A stretch of 16,833 nucleotides of DNA from Azolla caroliniana (lineage: Eukaryota > Plantae > Polypodiophyta): contig JBHGNT010000716.1 of the NCBI GenBank assembly GCA_043228905.1, positions 1-16,833 on the forward strand, written 5' to 3'. The position numbers were made by a program, and so were the translations under genes. This document shows, piece after piece, positions 8,076 to 16,833 of the stretch. Below the pieces are notes generated by a model. It saw nothing but the letters and a program-made list of their open reading frames with translations. It was not told the origin of the DNA and made no database searches. Positions within the stretch are counted from its first letter, which is position 1; each line of letters begins with the position of its first letter.

Positions 8076-9964
8076 GGGAAGTCGATTCCGACTTTTGTTG
8101 CTTCCAATCCTCAATCGTCTTGTCTTCCAAGAAGACTATGTCAGGAATCCTCACTACTTTCTTATCGACTAACTCTCATAGCTTGTAGCCGAACTCGTCC
8201 TCCGATTATCCCATAAATATGCATGGTTTCGACTTGTTGTCGAGCTTCGACCTCTGATCCATAGCCACATGCATATACACCTGACATTTGAACACCTACA
8301 GGTGTCGGTAGGAGACATCCTTGCCTGTCCACTCCCTCTGTGGGACATCACCTTTCAATGGCACTGAGGGAGACCTATTGATCAGATAAACAATTGTATA
8401 CATTGCCTCAGCCCAATATGATTTTGGCAACTTAGCATGCGACAACATGCTTCTCACTCTCTCCATAATCGTTTGATTCATCCTCTTTGCAAGCCCATTC
8501 AACTCAGGGGTCTTCGACACTATGTATTCGATTTGAATACCTTGGGTTTTGCAGTATTCCTCGAATTGCCCTCTATATTCGCCACCATTGTCTATTCGGA
8601 CAGCCTTCAACTTCCAGCCCAACTCTCTTTTGGGCATTGCCTGGAACTCCTTGAAGAACGACAATACTTGGTCCTTCGACTTTAGTATGAAAACACGCAA
8701 CTTCCGACTCTAATCATCAATGAACGTCACGAAGTATTGTCCACCTCGATGCGATGGTGCATGTACATAACACACATCCATATGTACTAGTTCCAACGAC
8801 ACCTCTCTTCTTCTCGGTGGTCTTGAGTGGAATTTTGCTCTATTCTACTTTCCGACTAAGCAGTCGACACACTTCTCCAAGAGCACTCCTTTCACTTATG
8901 GGAGAAGTTCCTCGTCGGCTAGGATATGCATTACCTTGTCACTCATGTGGCCTAGTCTCTTATGCCATAACTCTCCACTCGAGTCGGCAGCCACGTTCAC
9001 TTCCGACTTGCATGATCAGGCATGCATCATATACAGTGTGCCCTCTTTCTGTGATCGGGCCACTATGAGGTTTCCTCGGCAGAACTTCCACTTGACGTTT
9101 CGAAAACTACCACTGTAGCCTTCATCATCCAATCTTCCAGTCGATATCAAATTCAGTCTAATATCGGGGACATGTCAAACTTCCCTCAGAGTCAGATGAC
9201 AACCTGTCAATGTCATTAGGCTTACACTTCCAATGTTGGCTATCTTGCACTCACCATTATCTCCCATCTTTACATAGCCATGATCATTGGTTGTGTAAGT
9301 CGAGAAACACTCTCTCGACGGAGTTATGTGGGAAGATGCACTCGAGTCAATTACCAAGGTACATTCTTCACTTGCAAGATTTGTGCTTGCCTGCTCACAT
9401 ATGAACAAGATCTCCTCTGCACTCATAGTTATGACTGATATGCCCCTTTTCATCAAGAATCTTCCTGGTCGACATTATTACAGACACTCTTGTCCTTCTT
9501 GAGGAGCTAGTAGTCCTTTTGGAAGTGTCTAGGATTTCCACAATAAAAGCATGTCAGCTTGCCTCTGGACTTGGATCTGGCTTGGGATTTGTCCCTTCTT
9601 TGTGGACTTCTTTCCCGATTCCTTCCTCTGTCAGTATGTTGAGTTAGGTTTGACTCCGACTGGGACAAGACACCCTTGTCATTCCTTCTAGTCTCCTTGT
9701 TCAAGATGCTTGTCTTTACCGCTTGTAGAGACAAGTTCTCTTCTTGACACGAGGTGTTGAGAGTCACCACCAGATTCTCCCAGTTGTCTGGCAGGGTACA
9801 CAATAGTAGGATGGTCATTCAAACTCTAATACCCCCGTGGGTATTTCTGCTCGGTCTATGGGCTCATACAGGTCTTTAACTATGAGAAGGTCTTAAATCT
9901 TTATCTTCCAGTCTACATAGTTCTGAGAGTTTAGAACTACCATAGCTAGGAAGCCACTCACACA
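8076..9964 (-). mobile_element. Ty1/copia (Tnt1/Tork-like) fragment C2: gag-protease-integrase pseudogene; RT, RNase H and 3' LTR missing
   Basis: Gag N-terminus MVVLNSQNYVDWKIKI*DLLIVKDLYEPI (from 9943), internal gag deletion at ~9818, LLCTLPDNWENL, knuckle CFYCGNPRHFQKDY, protease VIDSSASSH, integrase WHKRLGH, DNGGEY, PELNGLAKRMN. It is truncated after VFLEDKTIEDW at ~8076. Confidence 0.93.
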
Positions 9965-10519
9965 TGTGAAGAATAACGTGGAATATAGCTCGGCCACAAC
10001 CAAGTCTTGAACACTTCTCCTTGAGAATCAAACACAAAAATGGGAAGTAGGGAGTGAACGTACGTACACACACAAGTCGATAGAGAGGACACAAGATGTT
10101 TACGTGGAAAACCCTGAATGGAAAAACTACGGGAGCCCACAAACTCCGAACTATCACTATATGAGAAAGGTACAGTCAGAGACTCGGAGGCAACAACCTC
10201 GAGCTCTGTTTCATCACCAAGCAGCGGTTACAATAGAATATCACTCTGTATCTCCTCTCTCGCTCTCTTTGTCACTATACAACAATATGACAACTCTATC
10301 CTATATAAAGTGATTGCCCTAAGTCATATTTATACTTATATGAACTTAGGGCTATTTACAAATATAGCCTCAATAGGCTTACTCAACACATTTACAAGTA
10401 TGTCTTCTCTTCCCGCTCTCACCGGTTCCATCCAATCCGGTTTCCGGATCTCTTCCGGTTCTCACCGGGCCCTCTTTATTCATAACTGGATCCCATCCGG
10501 AGGGACCGATTTCCCAACA
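9965..10519 (-). repeat. C3 3' LTR (~555 bp)
   Basis: TGTTGGG follows the PPT (10520-10531). The far end is placed at TG 9965 by homology to the C4 LTR (shared CTCGGCCACAACC, CGTGGAAAACCCT and GCCCTAAGTCATATTTATAC). Confidence 0.85.
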
Positions 10520-11152
10520 ATCTCCCCCTTCACTCCGGCATGGGATGTCTCGTCAGCCCAATCCGCTTTCGGCACGCGTCCAGCTTGTCGATCGTCAACA
10601 CCTTGGTTAGTATATCCGACTTGTTCTCCTCTATGTGGATCTTCGTCAGCACGAACTCGAAGGTACAGTCAGAGACTCGAAGGCAACAACCTCGAGCTCT
10701 ATTTCATCGCCAAGCAGCGGTTACAATAGAATATCACTCTGTATCTCCTCTCTCGCTCTCTTTGTCACTATACAACAATATGACAACTCTATCCTATATA
10801 AAGTGATTGCCCTAAGTCATATTTATACTTATATGAACTTAGGGCTATTTACAAATATAGCCTCAATAGGCTTACTCAACACATTTACAAGTATGTCTTC
10901 TCTTACCACTCTCACCGGGTCCATCCAACCCGGTTTCCGGATCTCTTCCGGTTCTCACCGGGCCCTCTTTATTCATAACCGGATCTCATCCGGAGGGACC
11001 GATTTCCCAACAATCTCCCCCTTCACTTTGGCATGGGATGTCTCATCAGCCCAATCCGCTTTCGGCACGCGTCCAGCTTGTCGGTCATCAACACCTTGGT
11101 TAGTATATCCGACATGTTCTCCTCTGTGTGGATCTTCGTCAGCACAAACTCT
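10167..11152. repeat. 493-bp tandem duplication covering the RNase H C-terminus, PPT and the first 353 bp of the LTR
   Basis: 10167..10659 and 10660..11152 align at a constant offset of 493, with about 17 substitutions by manual count. Confidence 0.97.
11013..11024 (-). other. Polypurine tract of C3 (second copy at 10520..10531)
   Basis: GAAGGGGGAGAT on -, overlapping the pol TGA and followed by TGTTGGG. Confidence 0.9.
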
Positions 11153-14100
11153 TGATCTTCTAGTCTCTCCCGGATCCAGTGGTACCTCCGTTGGATATGT
11201 TTCGTCCGGGAATGGTAGGCCGCGTTCTTTGCAAGGTGCATGGCACTTTGAGTGTCGCAGTAGAGCCGGTATTCCTCCTGTTGGATCCCTAGCTCTCCGA
11301 TGAAGTCCTTCATCCAATATATCTCCTTGTTAGCTTCTACAACTGCCATGTACTCCGCTCCGCCTCCGTGGTTGATAACGCAACCATCTTCTGTAGCCTC
11401 GTCTGCCACGAAACAACTGCCCCTACATAAGTCATGACATATATCTAGATGTAGACCAGTTGTTATCCACATCAGCTGACATATCCGAATCCATCAATCC
11501 GTCAAGTTGGGGATTACCGGAGCTGAACCGGAGGCACATACTCGTGGTGCCTTTCAAATACTTGAGTATCCACTTGACCGCGGTCTAGTGCTCTCTTCCG
11601 GGATTGCTCATGAACTGGCTTACCATTCTGACTGCATATCCGATATCCGGCCGGATACATACCATCGCATACATCAAGATTCTGACGATAGAGGCATATG
11701 GTATCGTCATCATATCCGTCTTCTCGGCCTTTGTCCGCAGACTTTGTTTTCTGGATAGCTTGCAGTTTTTCGGAAGTGTCGATCTGACCGGCTTCGCCTC
11801 CGACATGTTGAACCGTTGAAGCACCTTTGTCACGTACTTCTCCTGTGACAACCACAACAGTTTTTTCGACCGGTCTCGGATGATGTGCATTCCCAATATC
11901 TATCTTGCCGGACCCAAGTCTTTCATTGAGAAGGTTCAGTTCAGAGCCTTCTTCAGCATCCGAATCTTGCCTTGGTCTCGTCCGACGATCAACATATCAT
12001 CCAAATATAGGAGAAGTATCAGGAAGTCTCCTTCGCCAAATTTCTTCCCAAACATGCAGGGATCAGCCTGCGTCTTGTGGTACCCTTGGTCGGTCATGAA
12101 GGAGTCAAACTTCCGGTACCATTGTCGGGGAACTTGCTTCAATCCGTACAAGCTCTTCTTCAGCCGGCACACCAGGTGCTCCTTCCATTTCTTCTCAAAT
12201 CCTTCTAGTGGATGCATGTAGATCTCTTCTTCGAGGTCACCATGTAGGAATGTCGTCTTCACGTCCAGTTGCTCTACCTTGAGGTCCATGCTTGTTGTTA
12301 TGCTCAATACCATCCGGATGGATGTCATCTTTACTACCATGGCAAAGATCTCATCGAAGTTCACTCCTTTCTTCTGTTGGAAGCCCTTCACCACGATCTG
12401 GGCTTTGTACCTTGGTGGATTTCCAACGTCGCCTAGTTTTAGCTTGTACACCCACTTGTTCCAGAGTGCTCTCTTCCCTTTCAGCAACTCCGTCAGTTCG
12501 TATGTGTGGTTCACATGCAAGGAATCCATCTCGTCCTGCATGGCACTCAACCACTTGCGGAGGTGGGTGTCTCTCTTTGCTTCTTCGAAGCTTTCCAGCT
12601 CCCCCTCATCGATTAGCAACACATGATCTGCATTCGGAAATCTCCGGGGGGCTCTTCTCTCTCGGAGAGGATATCTCTGTCCTTGGCTTCTAACTACCGG
12701 TTCCTCTGTTTGTTCCGAATCCGAATCCGATTCGGGATCTTGTCTGGTTCCAGTGTCTTCTTCTTCTTCTTCGGTCGGTTCAGTTTCTTGTCCGTATCCG
12801 GCCGGTTCGTCGAGTGTCATCCGGTTGCCGGCCAACATCCGGTTTTCAACCGGGTAGGTCCTTGTGTCCTCAAACCGGTTTTCACCTTCTTCTCCGACTC
12901 CTAGTTTGCAATGGTCCTATCTTCCATGAAGACTATGTCCCGACTCTGGAACACCTTCTTGTCGACCAGATCCCACACCTAGTAACCGAACTCATCATCA
13001 CCGTATCCAAGGAATATGGATGGCCTAGACTTTGGATCCAGCTTTGCTCTCTTGTCCTTCGTCACATGCACGTATGAGAGAAACCGGAACACCTTCAGAT
13101 GGAGGTAAGATACATCTTTACCGGTCCATACTTTCTAGGTGAGTCTCCTCCCAAGGGTACTGAGGGTGATCTGTTTATCACGTAGGTCGTCGTCGTCAGT
13201 GCCTCAGCCAAAAATGTCTTGGGTAACTTGGCATGTGCGAGCATACTCCGGACTCTCTCCATTATGGTATGGTTCATCCTTTCGGCCAGCCCATTCAATT
13301 CCGGCTTCTTTGGCACGATGAATTCGAACCGGATTCCCTTCGACCTACAACACTCCTCGAACTGCCCCCGGTATTCTCCTCCATTGTCCGCTCGAACCGC
13401 CTTCAGCTTCTGGCCGGTTTCTCTTTCCACTCTCGCGGAGCTCCTTGAAGACGGATAGCACCTAATCCTTTGTCTTCAACGGTGAGACCCACAACTTCCG
13501 ACTGTGGTCATCTATGAACGTCATGAAGTACTGTGATCCAGCATGTGATTTCATGTCCACTTGACACACATCGGTATGCACCAGCTCCAGTGGTGCATTC
13601 CGTCTCATCGGCGATCTTGACCAGAAGGAGGTTCGGTTTTGCTTGCCGGCTAAGCAATTGGTGCACTTCCTAGGTTGCGCGTCCTTCACCGGAATGAGAT
13701 TGTCTTCGGCAAGTCTCTTCATCCCCTTCTGACTCATGTGACACAACCTCTTGTGCCACAACTCACCAACAGTGTCGGATGCTACGTTCACTTCTTCCCG
13801 GCATATCCGAGCATGCATCAGATATAACGTGTTGATCTTCCGGGCTCGAACCACTATTAGGCTCCCTTTTCTGAACTTCATGACTCCGTTCCGGATGTTA
13901 CCCATGTAGTCTTCATCATTTAGTCGACCGGATGATATCAGGTTCAATCGAACCTCCGGAACGTGTTGGGCATCCTTCAACAGCAACTTGCATCCGGTTG
14001 ATGTCGTCAACAACACATCTCCTATGCCAACAATTCGGCATGTACCTTCATTCCCCATCCGAACACAACCGTGATCTCCGGCTGTGTAGGATGAGAAGCA

Positions 14101-14583
14101 TCTCAGGTTCGGTGTCAAGTGGAACGACGCTCCGGAATCGACAACCCACGTTATCTCGTTGCCGACAAGGTTTAACTCATTCTCCTCGATAATGAGCATC
14201 AGTTCCTTTTCACTTGTCGCTCCTTTCCGATCCGGGCCTCACCGATCCGAACCATTTCGGTCTAAACTCTTCTTCGAATCGGTAGTGCCCATTTCTTTCT
14301 CTTTCCGGAAATGCCGACAGTTCTTCTAGAAGTGTCCCGGGTTCCTACAATAGAAGCACTTGAGCCTCCCCCTTGACTTTGACCTCGTCCCCAATTTTTC
14401 CCGGTTTTGGGGACTCCGATACTGGCCTCTTCCCCGGTTGTGGTCATCTTCCGTGACCAAGGCCTTCAGATCGGTTCCAGACTCTTGGTCCTTCTGGCGA
14501 GCTTCTTCATCTAGCAAGCTTGACTTTACCCTTGCTAGGGACAATTGTTTTCCTTCCGGCCCGGCATTGCCCAACGTGACAAC
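11023..14583 (-). pseudogene. C3 gag-pol polyprotein, disrupted
   Basis: CFYCRNPGHF, WVVDSGASFH, LWHKRLCH..CTNC, VHTDV, DNGGEY, PELNGLAERMN, QLDVKTTFLHG, YLDDML and HSRTKHIQRRYHWIRE are spread over several frameshifted or stopped ORFs. Confidence 0.96.
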
Positions 14584-15183
14584 TGTTGGGCTATCGACGC
14601 TTTCCAAAACCTCTCGGCCACAACCGAGGACACACGGGTCAGTGCAGCAGTAAATCAAAACACAGAGAGAGACTCGAATGCACAGGGTTTAGCGTGGAAA
14701 ACCCTAGACGGGAAAAACCACGGGAGTGCAAGACTCCAACGATCACTATACGCAGGGAATGTACAATGGCGAGCTGCAAGGCGACGACCTTGAGCTCACT
14801 GTCCTCGCCACAGGCGGCGGTATTACACAGAGGCGTCGACCTCTTCCTTTCTCTCTCTCTCTCACTCTCTCTCTCGGCTGCTCTCACTTCGCTCCCTCTA
14901 AGTGGAAAACAGAAAATGAGCAACAACAAAACTGTTTGCCCTAAGTCATATTTATACACATATGACTTTCGGGCTATTTACAAGTATAGCCTCGAGGGCC
15001 CTTGGCAAACATATTCACAAATATGTCCCCGCATCCGGATCTCTCTCCGGGTTCATTCATCATCCGGCTCCGTAGTCGGGGTCTTCATCATCCGGCTCCG
15101 TAGCCGGGTACTCCTCATTCGGGTCTTCATTCCCGATTCCCGGACATCTAACCATCCCATCCGGAGGGACCGTAATCCCAACA
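14584..15183 (-). repeat. C4 3' LTR (600 bp)
   Basis: Perfect termini TGTTGGG (14584) ... CCCAACA (15183). TATAAATA on - at ~14949-14956, a (CT)n tract at ~14850-14875, and a 28-bp-period duplication at 15056-15108. Confidence 0.93.
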
Positions 15184-15195
15184 AACTCCCCCTTC
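15184..15195 (-). other. Polypurine tract of C4
   Basis: GAAGGGGGAGTT on -, before TGTTGGG. Confidence 0.9.
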
Positions 15196-16833
15196 ACTTC
15201 GGCATGGGATGTCTTTCCAATCCGACCCTCTTCCGGCACGCTTCCAGCTTGTCGGGTGTGAGCACTTTGGTCAGCATATCTGACCCGTTCTCGTCCGTGT
15301 GGATCTTCGTCAGCACGAACTCCTGGTCTTCTATCCTTTCCCGGATCCAGTGATATCTTCGCTGGATGTGCTTCGTCCGGGAGTGATAGGCCGCATTCTT
15401 CGCAAGGTGGATGGCACTCTGACTGTCGCAGTAGAGTCGGTACTCCTCCTGCCGGATACCGAGCTCTCTAATGAAGTCCTTCATCCATATTATTTCCTTG
15501 CCGGCTTCAACAGCCGCCATGTACTCCGCCTTCGTGGTTGACAACGCAACCGTCTTCTGCAGCCTCGATTGCCACGAAACAGCTCCCCCTGCATACGTCA
15601 TCACATACCCTGATGTGGACCGGCTGGTATCTGCATCAGCCGACATATCCGAATCGGTAAAGCCGTCGAGTTCGGGCTTACCGGAGCCGAATCGGAGGCA
15701 CACGTTTGCCGTGCCCTTCAAGTATCGGAGTATCCACTTGGCCGCGTTCCAGTGCTCTTTGTCGGGATTGCTCATGTACCGGCTCACCACTCCGACTGCA
15801 TATCCTATGTCCGGTCTTGTACACACCATTGCGTACATCAAGCTTCCGACGGCAGAGGCATATGGTACTTTCATCATGTCCTCCTTCTCAGCCTTTGTCT
15901 TGGGGCTTTGCTTGCTGGACAACTTGCAGTTTGCCGGGAGGGTTGACCCGACCGGTCTTGCTTCCGACATGTTGAACCGGTGAAGCACCTTTGTCACGTA
16001 CTTCTCCTGTGACAGCTACAACTGCTTCTTCTTCCGGTCTCAGATGATGTGCATCCCTAGTATTTGCCTCGCCGGACCCAGGTCCTTCATTGAGAAGGTT
16101 CGGTGAAGCGCTTTCTTCAGCATCCGTATCTTGACCTGGTCCCGTCCGACGATCAACATGTCGTCCACGTACAGGAGGAGTATTAGAAAGTCTCCTCCTT
16201 CGAACTTCTTCACAAACACGCAGTGATCGGACTGCGTTTTGTGGTACCCTTCGTCGGTCATGAAAGAGTCGAACTTCCGATACCATTGCCGGGGAGCCTG
16301 CTTCAGTCCGTAAAGGCTCTTCTTCAACCGGCATACCAGGTGCTCCTTCCCTTTCTTCTCGAATCCTTCCGGTTGCTGCATGTAGATCTCTTCTTCGAGG
16401 TCACCGTGAAGGAATGCCGTCTTCACGTCCATCTGTTCTACCTCGAGGTCCATGCTTGCCGCTATGCTCAGCACCGTCCGGATGGAGGTCATCTTCACTA
16501 CCGGGGCAAATATCTCGTCGAAGTCGACGCCCTTCTTCTGCTGGAACCCCTTCACCACGATCCTGGCTTTGTATCTCGGGGGGTTTCCGGCATCTCCCGG
16601 TTTCAGCTTGAACACCCACTTGTTTCGAAGTGCCCGCTTTCCTTTCGGCAACTCCACAAGTTCATATGTGTGGTTCTCATGCAGGGAATCCATCTCCTCC
16701 TACATGGCACTCAACCACCTGCGGCTATGGGTGTCAAGATTTGCTTCTTCAAAACTCTCCGGCTCCCCCTCGTCGGTTAGCAGCACGTGCTCTGGTTCCG
16801 GAAATCTCCGGGAGGCCCTTCTCTCTCTTAGAG
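15194..16833 (-). pseudogene. pol: C4 pol: RT and RNase H, single frame with three nonsense codons
   Basis: ORFs 16040..16693 and 15194..15997 are in frame. Stops are at 16700-16702 (CAG>TAG), 16040-16042 (CGA>TGA) and 16016-16018 (TGG>TAG). Motifs QMDVKTAFLHG, YVDDML and FTDSDM are present. Confidence 0.96.

Larger units (their letters stand above)
9965..14583 (-). mobile_element. Ty1/copia (Tnt1/Tork-like) element C3, from mid-gag to the 3' LTR
   Basis: Gag knuckle, PR, INT, RT, RNase H, PPT and LTR occur in copia order on -. Confidence 0.96.
14584..16833 (-). mobile_element. Ty1/copia (Tnt1/Tork-like) element C4, 3' portion (rest outside the window)
   Basis: RT-RNase H closely related to C3, followed by a PPT and an intact LTR. 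Confidence 0.97.

Noticed and set aside
9944-9964. Possible degenerate PBS (TGGCTTCCTAGC) implying that C2 and C3 share one LTR
   Set aside because: It matches the tRNA-Met PBS at only 8 of 12 positions, is not adjacent to the LTR CA, and reads in frame as the gag N-terminus. Nested insertion is the simpler explanation.
10301-10310. + strand TATATAAAG as an antisense promoter in the C3 LTR
   Set aside because: It is not present in the C4 LTR, and the AT-rich context makes chance likely.
10118-11303. Two similar + strand ORFs (203 and 222 aa) resembling paralogous genes
   Set aside because: They are antisense translations of the 493-bp LTR/PPT duplication.
14586-15353. 255-aa + strand ORF across the C4 LTR
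   Set aside because: It has a TTG start, runs through a microsatellite and antisense pol, and shows no recognisable domain. It is likely a chance ORF.
15471-16780. Long antisense ORFs over C4 pol
   Set aside because: They are shadow ORFs of a GC-rich coding strand, and their equivalents in C3 are fragmented.

Overview
This window is eukaryotic, transposon-derived DNA with no host gene. The Tcn1-like chromoviruses and the RTEX-like LINE suggest a non-flowering land plant (inference). It is a nest of seven decayed retroelements. (C1) The 3' part of a + strand Ty1/copia element: RT-RNase H pseudogene, structured 3' UTR, PPT and 3' LTR (1..2231). (G1) A - strand chromodomain Ty3/gypsy element (2256..~4399). 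(G2) A second - strand chromovirus (~4400..~8075) that has lost RT-RNase H; its LTR carries a large heat-shock-element-like array and a tRNA-like A/B-box segment. (L) A 5'-truncated RTE/RTEX-like LINE inserted in the (GA)n tract of the G2 LTR (4460..5840). (C2, C3, C4) Three - strand Tnt1/Tork-like copia elements, each apparently inserted in the gag of the previous one (8076..9964, 9965..14583, 14584..16833); C3 has a 493-bp tandem duplication of its RNase H end, PPT and LTR. All coding regions are disrupted. The most interesting signals are non-coding: the HSE array upstream of the G2 TATA box, the tRNA-like motifs at the U3 edge of both chromovirus LTRs, the serial same-orientation gag nesting, and the doubled PPT with hairpin repeats in C1.
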